Assembly (NCBI GenBank): GCA_963843375.1 | Contig: CAWJKT010000011.1 | Coordinates: 192,001-256,000 of the forward strand | Origin: an uncultured Pseudomonadota bacterium | Lineage (GTDB): Bacteria; Oederibacteriota; Muellerivitia; Muellerivitales; Muellerivitaceae | Direction of reading: 5' to 3' | Length of the DNA stretch: 64,000 nt | Shown here: positions 11,378 to 20,663 of the stretch, in pieces | Position numbering within the stretch: position 1 is the first letter of the stretch | Layout of the letters: every line of letters starts with the position of its first letter | Made by a program: the position numbers and the translations under genes | Notes under the pieces: generated by a model | Database searches by the model: none | Seen by the model: the letters and a program-made list of their open reading frames with translations, nothing else | Told to the model about the DNA's origin: nothing

Positions 11378-12520
11378 GTGATCGTTCTCGTAATCTTTCT
11401 CGCAAGCTATTGGTTTTTATTTGCGACTTACATGCTTTATTGTGCGTGGGACAACACCCGGCTATTCGTAAAGCCGCCGCTTTCCGATCCCGCCCGAAAA
11501 AAGTGGCCTACAGTTTCCATCCTCATTCCAGCCCGCAATGAGGAAAGCCGAATAGAGCCTTGCATCTTGGGAATGATTAAGCAGGACTATCCTTCCTGCG
11601 AAATCCTAGTGCTCGATGACCGTTCCTCGGACCGGACGTTCAATGTAGTGCAGGCTTATGCCAAGCGCAATCCTCGTTTGAAGGTTTTAAGAGGCAAGGA
11701 ATTGCCAAGCGGATGGTTGGGGAAGCCCTGGGCCTGCTATCAGCTTTCCCGAAAGGCCAAGGGTAAGTGGCTTTTTTTCACTGACGCGGATACCTGGCAT
11801 TTGCCCGATATGTTGAAGCGTACCGTCCAAATGGCCGAAGAAAGGGAGGCCGACGTATTAACCCTTTTCACACGGCAAGTCACGAAAACTTGGATGGAAA
11901 TACTGGTGATTCCCGTGATGGTATACAGCCTTTTGGCCTTTCTGCCCGCGGGATGGTCTCTAAGGAAAAATAGCCGATTCAACCGTTTCGCCGGCGTTAG
12001 CGGCCAATTCGTTTTTATCCAGCGAAAGGTTTATAAAGCCTTGGGTGGACACGAGATGGTCAAGAATGAGATCGTTGAGGACCTGAATTTCGGTAAGCAG
12101 GTCGTTCGAAAAGGCTATCGTTTGGTTTATGGTGACGGGTCGGATTTTTCCTTTTGCCGCATGTACACCAATGCGGGGGAAGTTTGGGAGGGATTTTCCA
12201 AAAATTTCTTCCCGGCTGTCGCTTTTTCGCCGGTTTATTTCATGAACGCATTTGTGGTTTTGATTTTGGACGGTGTACTGCCCTTCATCCTGGTCGCATT
12301 AGGGCCTTCCCTTCCATTGTTTTGGCCTGGGTTGGTAATGGCTTTGGTGTCTTTAGGTGTACGATGGCTCCAGGCCGTCAGGTATAACTACCATAAAGGC
12401 TCGGTTTTCTTTCATCCGTTGGGATGCTTGTTATTCGCTTTAATCGGATTGAATTCCATACGATGGTTTTGGTTTGGAGTTGGGCATTGGAAGGGAAGAG
12501 CCTTAAAACAAAAGATTTAA
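11378..12520 (+). CDS. Family 2 glycosyltransferase, CruC/CrtQ-like
   Basis: IPARNEE, DDRSSD, GWLGKPWAC, FTDAD, GQF, IVED, RMY, and C-terminal WKGR after TM helices. Start could be ATG 11432. Confidence 0.85.
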   Translation: MIVLVIFLASYWFLFATYMLYCAWDNTRLFVKPPLSDPARKKWPTVSILIPARNEESRIEPCILGMIKQDYPSCEILVLDDRSSDRTFNVVQAYAKRNPRLKVLRGKELPSGWLGKPWACYQLSRKAKGKWLFFTDADTWHLPDMLKRTVQMAEEREADVLTLFTRQVTKTWMEILVIPVMVYSLLAFLPAGWSLRKNSRFNRFAGVSGQFVFIQRKVYKALGGHEMVKNEIVEDLNFGKQVVRKGYRLVYGDGSDFSFCRMYTNAGEVWEGFSKNFFPAVAFSPVYFMNAFVVLILDGVLPFILVALGPSLPLFWPGLVMALVSLGVRWLQAVRYNYHKGSVFFHPLGCLLFALIGLNSIRWFWFGVGHWKGRALKQKI

Positions 12521-12542
12521 CCGAGAATATGCCAATCCGAAG

Positions 12543-12980
12543 CTAAATCTTTGGGGGCGGGGTTTGCTTTTTTTTGGCGATTTCTTGTTGAACCAGTGAA
12601 ATCCATTCTTTTACGTCCTTCTTGGGTTGGGGCGGAGTGGGAATCAAGGGTCGAGGCGGGGTAGTCGGACCGGCGCCGGCCGTTCTCAACTTCTCCTTAG
12701 TTTTATCCACGTAGGTTTTTTGAAGATCTTCCAAAACTTCACGTAAAACTTTCTTTTCTTCGATGTTCAGGTTGCCTGACGTTTTTTTAATGAGTGAACC
12801 GATCATGTTGATCGTTATTCGGGCGCGGGGAAGGTTGAGATCCTTGTCCTTGTAATAGGGGTGCACCAATTCGCCTAAATCAATCTTGGCCGAAGAAGCC
12901 AGCGTGACGATCAGGTCGATAAAGTAATAATCGGTGGTTCCCCACTCGCGATTGTCTTTATATATTTGAGAATCTGCCAT
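12543..12980 (-). CDS. DUF1844 domain protein
   Basis: F..LI.TLA..A...LG...P...NL..AR..I....L..KT.GNL..EE...L...L..L...YV pattern. Confidence 0.75.
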   Translation of the reverse strand: MADSQIYKDNREWGTTDYYFIDLIVTLASSAKIDLGELVHPYYKDKDLNLPRARITINMIGSLIKKTSGNLNIEEKKVLREVLEDLQKTYVDKTKEKLRTAGAGPTTPPRPLIPTPPQPKKDVKEWISLVQQEIAKKKQTPPPKI

Positions 12981-12988
12981 GGTTTTAC

Positions 12989-13624
12989 CTAATCCCGTTC
13001 CCCGCTAATCATCCGCACCACGCGAATCCAAGCGTCCCATTCTGGCCCCAAGGATTCTTGAGAACGATGATAGTCTTGTTTATTCAGGAATTCATTTAAA
13101 TCTTGCAATAGGCAATCCAAGGCTTTTTTGCCTATTTCATGAAGTCTTTTCCTTTGAGAGGAATTCATTTTTTGGACGAGCGTCTTTTCTAAATGGGGGA
13201 GACAAAGAATGCCGTTCTCTCCAAATGCGATTCTTAGCTTTTCCGAACTTGACCAGCAAAGGGCGAATTCTTGGACGCAGGATCGATCCCGGTTTCTTTC
13301 TGACTCGCAAATGGGGCAGGGTTTGGACTTGTTTGATTTCCAGAAACGGGACGGGGTGGAAATTTCCTTCAAACCTTTTTCCAATAAACTTCCATAGATG
13401 ACGGCCATCCCCAGGGCTTGACGCTGGTGAACTCCCCACCAAGCGTGGCGGCGACAGAAACCCTTCGACTCGAAAAGGCGCCCCCGGGTGGAAGGATCGG
13501 TTACACATTCATCCAATAATGATTTCAGGTGTTCGTAAGCATAAGAGTGAACTAGAAAGCAAAGCGGACAACGATCAGGTTGGAGGATTTCGAGGTAGCG
13601 GTCCGGATCGGCGAAGGAGGGCAT
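12989..13624 (-). CDS. DUF6062-like cysteine-rich protein
   Basis: CPLC...GFCRRH...CPIC...LCLPH...F..K.DY pattern. Confidence 0.7.
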   Translation of the reverse strand: MPSFADPDRYLEILQPDRCPLCFLVHSYAYEHLKSLLDECVTDPSTRGRLFESKGFCRRHAWWGVHQRQALGMAVIYGSLLEKGLKEISTPSRFWKSNKSKPCPICESERNRDRSCVQEFALCWSSSEKLRIAFGENGILCLPHLEKTLVQKMNSSQRKRLHEIGKKALDCLLQDLNEFLNKQDYHRSQESLGPEWDAWIRVVRMISGERD

Positions 13625-13648
13625 GAAATGGTTAGGAGCCCGGGAAAA

Positions 13649-14185
13649 TCAGAAGATTTTTTTCGACCAAAAAGAGGGTTTGAGATCAGGCTCATCCTGA
13701 ATATGTTCTTTCAGCGCCGTGAAACCACTAACAGGTGAAAGGCCTCCCGAGGGAGGCATGGGCTGAGTTGGAGTATTAATTCTTTCCTGATTTTTGGACC
13801 AGAAATACCAACCAATTGCTCCTATTGCAAGAAGGACCAACAGCCACAAGAACCAATGGAAATGGCCTCTCGTTTGAACCGGAGTAGTTGTATCCATCGA
13901 AACTTGTGGAGTTGTTTGGGCGGCCATAGGTGAGGAAGAAGGGGTACCTACAATGACGGGGGTTTGGATACCGGGAACGGATTTAGCAATCTTTGCGGCG
14001 TGATGCACTCTGGAGCTTTTAGGTTTTTCGCCAGAGACGGTAGCCAAAGGTGTTTCTTCAGGATTTAAAACTGTCTCCGGAGCTTTTTCGCTTTTGACGT
14101 TATTTTTGCTGCCACAGGCAGGAAGGAAAGCCACGGCCATTGCCAAGAGAATTAAAAAAACCGCGTTTCGTTTGTAGGTGTTCAA
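13649..14185 (-). CDS. Hypothetical lipoprotein with C-terminal TM helix
   Basis: Signal peptide ending LPAC; low-complexity linker; hydrophobic WFLWLLVLLAIGAIGWYFW. Confidence 0.6.
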   Translation of the reverse strand: MNTYKRNAVFLILLAMAVAFLPACGSKNNVKSEKAPETVLNPEETPLATVSGEKPKSSRVHHAAKIAKSVPGIQTPVIVGTPSSSPMAAQTTPQVSMDTTTPVQTRGHFHWFLWLLVLLAIGAIGWYFWSKNQERINTPTQPMPPSGGLSPVSGFTALKEHIQDEPDLKPSFWSKKIF

Positions 14186-14345
14186 AGGTGTCTCCGGGAT
14201 TTAGGTTGCTTCCTCACCACTTATTTTACCTGAGCTTAGACGGTCTTGAAAGGAAAAGAGAGGAACAGCCGTAAAATGAGTCAAGTTTAATGCACAGAAC
14301 TATAACTAGTGGTAGAGGTTAGTCTTGCGATCACCACAAAATACA

Positions 14346-14437
14346 TGGCGGAGAGGGAGGGATTCGAACCCTCGAAAGGATGTTACTCCTTTAACGGTTT
14401 AGCAAACCGTCGCCTTCAGCCGCTCGGCCACCTCTCC
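14346..14437 (-). tRNA. tRNA-Ser(GCT)
   Basis: Minus strand GGAGAGG...ACGGT TT GCT AA ACCGT, long variable arm, GGTTCGAATCC, ends CCTCTCCGCCA. Confidence 0.96.
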
Positions 14438-14548
14438 ACGTATTCAGCGTGATTTGAAAGTTAAAAATTTTGAGTTGAGGCTATGCTTGATTTTCGTTCA
14501 ATAAAACGAAAATGCCCGGATCTTAAAATTTTTATTTGTTTTAGTAAT

Positions 14549-14635
14549 TGGCGGAGGGTGCAGGACTCGAACCTGCAAGGGGTTTCCCCCGGTGGATTTC
14601 AAGTCCACTGCCTTACCAATTAGGACTAACCCTCC
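14549..14635 (-). tRNA. tRNA-Ser(TGA), integration target
   Basis: Minus strand GGAGGGT...GTGGA CT TGA AA TCCAC, variable arm, GGTTCGAGTCC, ends ACCCTCCGCCA. Confidence 0.95.
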
Positions 14636-14636
14636 A
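14596..14636. repeat. att site (left copy, inside the intact tRNA)
   Basis: ATTTCAAGTCCACTGCCTTACCAATTAGGACTAACCCTCCA, identical to 33514-33554. Confidence 0.95.
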
Positions 14637-14671
14637 TCTCCATTAAAACCTACGAAAACCGCGCCTCCAAA

Positions 14672-15775
14672 CTACACACCGGCCATTTTGTTTTCCGGAA
14701 ATCGCTTCTTTGTCATAACCGTGTCATTGAACTGTCTGACACGCCTCAAGGCCTCTTTGCGGTCCTCCCGGTCGATCCTATCGTACCGGCGGAACACCGC
14801 GTGGGTCTTGTGGCCCGAAATGGACATAATGGTCGAGTCGCTTACTCCTGCCTTCCTGAAGTTCGTAACCGCGCAGTGCCGCAGATCATGGAAATGAAAG
14901 TCCGAGATATTAGCACGCTGGCACGCCCTGAGGAAAGCCGTTTTTGGATCTTTCAACCCGTGGCCCCGGAAGTTGAAGACGTAAGGACTGCCCAAAACCT
15001 TGGGCGTCCTCCTGAGAAGGTCGATTAAACCCTCGTCCAGGGGGATTTCCCGCGCTTCCTGGGTCTTCGTGTCCTCGGACTTCAAGGTGATGACGCCTTC
15101 CTTCAAGTCCACCTGGTCCCACTTGAGCCCCGTAATCTCGCCCCGCCTCATGCCGGTGAAATAAGCCAACTGCACGACGGGCCGGTAATGGGGAGAGCAG
15201 TTCTCCAAAAGCCTAAGGTATTCCTCCGGGGTCAGCGTCCGGTTCCGGCAATTTTCCCGGAACATCCTGACGCCATCCACAGGATTCCGGTCGATCTTCC
15301 TGTCCAGCACCGCCCTGCGGGCGATGGTTTTCAGGCAGGCAATCTCCCGGTTCAGGGAAGCGTTTTTCAAACTCTTTCCCTGTTCCTCGGCTTTCTTCCT
15401 CCGCTCCTTCAAAAAATCCTCGACCATGCTGGGGGTCAGGCTTGCCAGGGGCCGCCCTCCGAAATAGACCTTCAAGGCCTTCACGGAGAAAAAATCCCTT
15501 CGGTAGCTCTTCTTCCGGGACTCCGAAAAGGCCAGGAACGCGTCCGCCGCCTCGTCGAAAGTCACCTGTGGTTTCTCGCTGGGCAGGAACTCTCCCGCCA
15601 CGATTTCCTTGGTATGCTCGGCCAAAATCCTCTTGGCCTGGGCCGCCGGAATCTCGCCCAACCTCACCCTTTTGCGCTTCCTCAATCCTCCTTCCATAAT
15701 GAAGTAATCCAGGAAATACCCCTTCGCATCCTTGCGGAGATGTTGGGGCAACCCGTGAACATTAGGCTTGCTCAT
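14672..15775 (-). CDS. Tyrosine recombinase / phage-type integrase
   Basis: TGMRRGEI, HDLRH and SGHKT...Y catalytic motifs; ends 36 bp from the tRNA 5' end. Confidence 0.96.
   Translation of the reverse strand: MSKPNVHGLPQHLRKDAKGYFLDYFIMEGGLRKRKRVRLGEIPAAQAKRILAEHTKEIVAGEFLPSEKPQVTFDEAADAFLAFSESRKKSYRRDFFSVKALKVYFGGRPLASLTPSMVEDFLKERRKKAEEQGKSLKNASLNREIACLKTIARRAVLDRKIDRNPVDGVRMFRENCRNRTLTPEEYLRLLENCSPHYRPVVQLAYFTGMRRGEITGLKWDQVDLKEGVITLKSEDTKTQEAREIPLDEGLIDLLRRTPKVLGSPYVFNFRGHGLKDPKTAFLRACQRANISDFHFHDLRHCAVTNFRKAGVSDSTIMSISGHKTHAVFRRYDRIDREDRKEALRRVRQFNDTVMTKKRFPENKMAGV
14711..14728. repeat. Putative integrase arm-type site
   Basis: TGTCATAACCGTGTCATT; identical copy at 33341-33358 and inverted 17/18 copy at 33179-33196. 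Confidence 0.7.
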
Positions 15776-16029
15776 AACTGCCTCCTAATGTTGCTCTCAG
15801 CACTGGACATTGTATCAGCCGACAATGCCCCTTGGGAAAGGGGGTTTCTGAAAAGCCTCTCAAACTCCGAGTACCAAACCCTCGGATATTTGCCCATTCG
15901 TACGAAGGGCAAGACGCCGGTCTGTCGCCAATAACGGACGGTATTGACCGATACCTGGGCTTTCTCGGCCACCTCCTGGTCGGTCATTAAATGGTTCCGC
16001 CTTTCGCCGTTCTTCCTGCGCTCCGTCAT
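15772..16029 (-). CDS. Excisionase-like helix-turn-helix protein
   Basis: LMTDQEVAEKAQVSVNTVRYWRQTG.LP; stop overlaps the integrase start (ATGA). Confidence 0.8.
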   Translation of the reverse strand: MTERRKNGERRNHLMTDQEVAEKAQVSVNTVRYWRQTGVLPFVRMGKYPRVWYSEFERLFRNPLSQGALSADTMSSAESNIRRQL

Positions 16030-16412
16030 GGTTTACCTCCGCTTATAAGGTTTAAAAAATAACAGGCCCCAAAGGGGCCACCTTCGGGGAAAGGTGTGGA
16101 AAACCCCGCGTCCAAAACCTGTTTCATTACCAACAGGTGATTCGGGGGGTTTTCCACGGTGTTGGTTTTGCCGTTGCCTTTGACTTTGCCTTTCACCTTA
16201 ATCCTTAAATCCTTTAATCCTTCTTCCTTCGCGCCCGCGCCCACGGGGGTTCGATGGGTCAAGAGGCCAGACCCCACTACCGGTTTCCTGGTCATCATTA
16301 CTGATCCAGGGGGAGTGGGGTCTGGCGTCGCAGGCCAAGCGAACCCCCGTCTTTTGCGGGCGTTTCCATGTTTTTCCGCCATAAGCTGTTTATGGTTCCG
16401 GTTACGGTTCAT
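16026..16412 (-). CDS. Hypothetical basic protein overlapping a palindrome-rich tract (may be non-coding)
   Basis: ATG 16412 overlaps the relaxase stop and the stop overlaps the xis start, but the composition is low-complexity. Confidence 0.35.
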   Translation of the reverse strand: MNRNRNHKQLMAEKHGNARKRRGFAWPATPDPTPPGSVMMTRKPVVGSGLLTHRTPVGAGAKEEGLKDLRIKVKGKVKGNGKTNTVENPPNHLLVMKQVLDAGFSTPFPEGGPFGACYFLNLISGGKP

Positions 16413-17278
16413 GACGCCACCTCGCTTGGCTTTTCCCCGGCGGGGGCCGTCCTCAGGATGGGATCCTTCACGAAGGGAAGGTATTCCCATTCCAGGTTCA
16501 CCCAAGGCACCCGCCTAAAAGGCAGGCTTGCCGCCTTCTCGAAAAAGGTAAAAGCCCAAAGGGTCCGGTTCCGGGGGTCGTGTTTCAGGAAGGTCGAAAG
16601 CCCCTGCACCAGCCTTACGGCCTGGGCCTTGTTCTGGCTGACGATCAACCGGCAGGCCCCCGGGAAGTCCCGGTCCAGGTTCAGGACCAAGGCCGTCATT
16701 TGGTCCCGGTTGTAGGGGGAGTGTTCGTATTCCAGGACGAAGGCGTAACGTTGGCCTTCCAGAGCGGCCTGAAAGTACCCGTCCGGGGTCCGGCGGTTCA
16801 GCCTTTGAAGCTTGGTCCCGGCCAAGTCCCATCCCCGCCCTTCCTCCAAGGCCTTCTTCCACGACATCTTGAGGCCACACCGCATCTCGTAGTCGGAAAG
16901 CCAAACCAAGTCCTCCAAGGCCTTGTCCTCCTCCCAATGGATTCGCATTTGAAGCACCCGCTTGTCGTGCTCCCTCTCAAAGGGGTTGATATGGGGGGAG
17001 CGGATTTCCTTGGAGGTTAGGATTCGGGCAAGATCCGATAGGCTCTTCAAGGCGGGCCGGGACAGGTAATAGAAGGTGTCGTCGTTCGGGAGGTTTTGGG
17101 TTTTGAGGAGCCATCCCCGGCTGACCAAGCCCCGCAGGTGGACACAGGCGGTCGTATAGCATTGGGCAGGGTGGAACTTCCGGTGAAAGAGCCGGGTGGT
17201 GATGAACTTGTTGGAATGGGTGTAAGCCAGGATGTCCAGGTCCCTCGGTTCGAGGGCGGTCTCAGGCCGCATTTTCAT
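16409..17278 (-). CDS. Replication-relaxation (Replic_Relax-like) relaxase
   Basis: N-terminal wHTH-like RD..IL.......FIT; PDG.F...F.LEYE PD-(D/E)xK-like core; overlaps the T4CP gene. Confidence 0.7.
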   Translation of the reverse strand: MKMRPETALEPRDLDILAYTHSNKFITTRLFHRKFHPAQCYTTACVHLRGLVSRGWLLKTQNLPNDDTFYYLSRPALKSLSDLARILTSKEIRSPHINPFEREHDKRVLQMRIHWEEDKALEDLVWLSDYEMRCGLKMSWKKALEEGRGWDLAGTKLQRLNRRTPDGYFQAALEGQRYAFVLEYEHSPYNRDQMTALVLNLDRDFPGACRLIVSQNKAQAVRLVQGLSTFLKHDPRNRTLWAFTFFEKAASLPFRRVPWVNLEWEYLPFVKDPILRTAPAGEKPSEVAS

Positions 17279-19058
17279 CCCCCATGGGGCTTCCAGGGTT
17301 CTTGGGGCCCGGTTCCGGGCCGCCGCCGCTTTCTCCTACCAGCTCGGGGATTGAGCTTTCATTGGTTCCATTGCGCCGGGGCCGGTGGGCTACCCCGTTT
17401 TGGGTCGTAAAGTAGTCCCAAGGCGGGTCCGCCGGCCGCAGGGAGGTTTGGAAGACCTTGACGCCCGATTCGCCCACTACCTTGACGATGGCCTGGCCCA
17501 CCTTGAGTTCCTTGATGCGGTTGGGGTGGAAACGGAACTTCTCCACCGGAGGCTTGGAATAGCCGATCACATCCCCATTCGTCCCAAAGCTCTCCACCCG
17601 GTAATCCGGGTCCCGTTCGGTCCCGAATTGCCGGGCGAAGCCCTCCGCCGTGTCCGGGTCGTTCACCCGCAGGATGATCTTGTTGCTGGCCGTGTTCATC
17701 ACCTGTTCCAGGAATTCCTGGGAGACGCCCCTCAGGTCGCCCATGGACTGGTGGGCCAAGAAGAGGTTCACCTGGGCTTCCCGGCACTTGTTGATGAAGT
17801 CGATGAACTTGGGATAAGCCAGGTTGTAGAACTCGTCCAGGAAGACCCTAAAGGGCTTCTCCGGGACGGCCCGGTAGCGGTCGGCCAACTGCTCGGCCAG
17901 GTCCATCATGGCGAGGATGCAAAGGGGCTTGGCGTCCTCCGGGTAACGGGCGTAGTCCGGGGAGAAGAGGAAGATTTGCCCGTACCGGACGACCTCCGAC
18001 ATCTTGATATCGGGCTCCCGGACATTGAGCAGGTGGGACCACTCGCTGTTGCAGAACCTTTGGAGTTTGTTGATGAGCCCCGAAAGCTCCATGCGGCGGT
18101 CCTTGGGGGATTTGGAAAGCCACTGGTCGCGGAAATACCGGGCGTAATGGGTGTTGGGGTATTTCGCGCAAAACCAGGCGATGGTCCTAAAGGTTTCCAC
18201 TTCCTGGGTGGCCGTCAATAGGTCTTGGAAGGTGATGGTCTTGATCGCCAGTTTCAAAAGGCCGATCAGGTTGTGGAGGAAAACCTCGGCCAAATCCCGG
18301 TAGTAAGGTTCGGCGTTGTGCGAATCGTAATAGAGCGCGGCGAAAGCCCGGTTGGCAATGGCGTCCGGGTTGTCCCCGTAAAGGGAGTTGTAGGTGTGGG
18401 ACTTGAGGATGTCCACCAAGTTGAAATGGCGGACGAACCGGCCTGGGGCCTTAAAGGCGTAATAGGCCACATCCCGGAGCATGTTGGATTTGACGTCCAG
18501 GATGAAGCAACCCAAATCCTGCCGGATGGTTTGTTCGATGAAAGGCTTGATGACGAAATGGGTTTTCCCGGTGCCGGTCCCGCCGACGATCTGGACATTT
18601 TCGTGCAATGAGGCAGTAGGAATACCGACTTCTCCATAAGGGTCCAACACCAACGGGAATTTCCCATAGCTGGTTTTGGTTTTCTTGGTCGGCTTCCAAT
18701 AGAGGCCCCACATAGCCCCTCCGGTCAACAGAACCACTAGGAGAAGCCAGGGAAGGTTATAGGCGGGGAAAAATGGATTTAAAAAGGAAACCGCCGCCGA
18801 ATTGCAAACCGCCAGCTTGGTAGGGAGGAAGAGGTTGTTATTGTTCCGGTAAAGAAAGAGAACGGCGTAGGGGACAAGGAACAGCCACATCCACCAACCC
18901 CAAAAGTGATGGTTGGTGAAATCCGCGTCCGGAGTTGAACTCCCGATAAAATCCAGTGTCCAAAAAGGCATGGTGATATTGGCGAGGACAAGGATGTGAG
19001 GCATGAAGCTGGGATAAAAAATACACTTGTTCTGGTTATCTTGCGCTGATTCCGACAC
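17262..19058 (-). CDS. Type IV coupling protein (VirD4/TraD-like)
   Basis: N-terminal TM helices, Walker A IVGGTGTGKT, Walker B FLDEF, AHQS..DL and R.NDPDTAE. Confidence 0.88.
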   Translation of the reverse strand: MSESAQDNQNKCIFYPSFMPHILVLANITMPFWTLDFIGSSTPDADFTNHHFWGWWMWLFLVPYAVLFLYRNNNNLFLPTKLAVCNSAAVSFLNPFFPAYNLPWLLLVVLLTGGAMWGLYWKPTKKTKTSYGKFPLVLDPYGEVGIPTASLHENVQIVGGTGTGKTHFVIKPFIEQTIRQDLGCFILDVKSNMLRDVAYYAFKAPGRFVRHFNLVDILKSHTYNSLYGDNPDAIANRAFAALYYDSHNAEPYYRDLAEVFLHNLIGLLKLAIKTITFQDLLTATQEVETFRTIAWFCAKYPNTHYARYFRDQWLSKSPKDRRMELSGLINKLQRFCNSEWSHLLNVREPDIKMSEVVRYGQIFLFSPDYARYPEDAKPLCILAMMDLAEQLADRYRAVPEKPFRVFLDEFYNLAYPKFIDFINKCREAQVNLFLAHQSMGDLRGVSQEFLEQVMNTASNKIILRVNDPDTAEGFARQFGTERDPDYRVESFGTNGDVIGYSKPPVEKFRFHPNRIKELKVGQAIVKVVGESGVKVFQTSLRPADPPWDYFTTQNGVAHRPRRNGTNESSIPELVGESGGGPEPGPKNPGSPMGDENAA

Positions 19059-19118
19059 ACCGCACCTGGCTTTCCGGAGACCGCCTCCGAGAATAAGCCT
19101 TGCGGTTTTGCGCCGGGC

Positions 19119-19361
19119 TTATTGCTTGGGCGGTTCTCTTTTTGGATCGGATACCCGTCTCTTCCCCGGAGGGAAAAAATAGGCTCTGAGGGCGGCTCTT
19201 AAAACGTCCGCCCTTTTAGTCTTTGGCTTTTTTACCTGTTCTGCTTTCGTCTTTTCGTTTATGGCTTCCAATAATTCAGAGGTAACGTGAAGCATGAGTC
19301 TTATCCCGCCTTCTCCTTCGAGTATTGGACGCCCACGGCCTTGTTTCTTTTTCATGGTCAT
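19119..19361 (-). CDS. Ribbon-helix-helix (CopG-like) protein
   Basis: RGRP, beta strand RLMLHV, helices ending RADVLRAALRAY; GAGGA RBS; first gene of the mobilisation run. Confidence 0.6.
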   Translation of the reverse strand: MTMKKKQGRGRPILEGEGGIRLMLHVTSELLEAINEKTKAEQVKKPKTKRADVLRAALRAYFFPPGKRRVSDPKREPPKQ

Positions 19362-19525
19362 ATCTATATTCCTCTTCGAAAAAATCGTCAATTTTAATCA
19401 ACAGATTAAAGTGTGACGTTTATTCTAAAAGACATTATTTGGAATTTGGAAATTAATTGGGTTTAAAAGGCGGGGTTAATTAAAAGGCATACTTTAAAAA
19501 AATAATTTTTTTAAATAAATAAAAA

Positions 19526-20257
19526 TTAAGGTTTATAACTTTTTTGGATAACATCCTTTAGTTGTTGAATGGTCAACCAAGGTTTTTTTCTGTGTATCAT
19601 TCGATGACAGTTAGCGCAAACGATAGAAAGGTCGTCGATTTTTGGTTTTTGTTCCGATTTCAATTCAGATAAGGGAATGACATGGTGGCACTCTGCGAAG
19701 TATTTTCCTAAGTCTCCATATTTGTCTTCAAATACAAATGTACATACTTCGCATTCCAGTTTTCCACGTTTTTTAATTACGAAGCTTTTTTTCTTTTCTA
19801 CGTTTTCAGGTTTCCGTTCACGATATGAATGTATCCTTGTTAAAATCCTGCCTTCTGGTGCAGTATCCAGTTCTTCTAAGTCTGAAGGTGTTTCAACCTC
19901 CGGATTATCGGGTTTAGCAATGGAGTTTTTTATTGCAACGGCGGTTTTGTTAAGTTCTTCTGGTTTGTCCGAAAATTCCTTCCAGACATCTTTTTCAAGT
20001 TTACTTCCAGCAGTTAGACCCTTGCCTTCGTAAGTTGGGTCATACTTTAAAAAATTACACAACTTCATATAAACACCATTTGGGTTACGGTATTTTTCAT
20101 CGCGAGTGTTAAATTCTTGAAATGGCATCCGATTTAATATTTGACTCAACTCGGTAATCTTGGGATTATTTTTAGAAAAACTTTTCCACTTTTTTTCGGT
20201 AAAATAAAAATCAAGGGCCAGAATTAATTCGTCTCGCGACCAATTAGGATTACTCAC
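19526..20257 (-). CDS. HNH endonuclease, McrA-like
   Basis: WSRDELILALD.Y N-terminal domain; EG...H..RER, CEVC, ECHH..PL and VCANCHRMIH. Confidence 0.8.
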   Translation of the reverse strand: MSNPNWSRDELILALDFYFTEKKWKSFSKNNPKITELSQILNRMPFQEFNTRDEKYRNPNGVYMKLCNFLKYDPTYEGKGLTAGSKLEKDVWKEFSDKPEELNKTAVAIKNSIAKPDNPEVETPSDLEELDTAPEGRILTRIHSYRERKPENVEKKKSFVIKKRGKLECEVCTFVFEDKYGDLGKYFAECHHVIPLSELKSEQKPKIDDLSIVCANCHRMIHRKKPWLTIQQLKDVIQKSYKP

Positions 20258-20273
20258 AAAGTTCTTCTTTCAA

Positions 20274-20663
20274 TCAGAAGATTCCGATTTTCTTTTTAAC
20301 CGCTCCGGGGTTTTTTACAATTTGACATTCCCAAAGGGTAAGCACCCTCCAGCCTTTTTTACGGAGCAACCGTTTTGTTCTCATATCCCTTTTAACATTA
20401 TTTTCAAGTTTTGGTTTCCAGTAGCTAAGTTTTGTTTTTGGCATTCTTCCGTCTTTACAACCCTTATGTTGATGCCAAAAACAACCATGAACGAAAATAA
20501 TCATCTTCTGTGAATCAATGACAAAATCGGGTTTGCCAGGAAGTGCCTTAAGGTTCATTACAAATTTAACCCCTGCGTTTTTTAAAATTTTTTTAACGCT
20601 TCTTTCTGGAAACATACCCTTGGATTTTATGCGTCTCATATTTTCACTTCTGCTAATCAACAT
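20274..20663 (-). CDS. vsr: Very short patch repair endonuclease
   Basis: RS.NM..IKSK, LPGKPD, FVHGCFWHQH, N..RD and GWRVL..WEC. Confidence 0.92.
   Translation of the reverse strand: MLISRSENMRRIKSKGMFPERSVKKILKNAGVKFVMNLKALPGKPDFVIDSQKMIIFVHGCFWHQHKGCKDGRMPKTKLSYWKPKLENNVKRDMRTKRLLRKKGWRVLTLWECQIVKNPGAVKKKIGIF

Noticed and set aside
14549..14635. tRNA-Sec or suppressor tRNA
   Set aside because: The anticodon on the coding strand is TGA (reads UCA, Ser), with a normal 7-bp acceptor stem; Sec requires TCA.
15188..18667. Alternative ORFs overlapping the integrase, relaxase and T4CP
   Set aside because: GC-rich shadow frames with no recognisable motifs.
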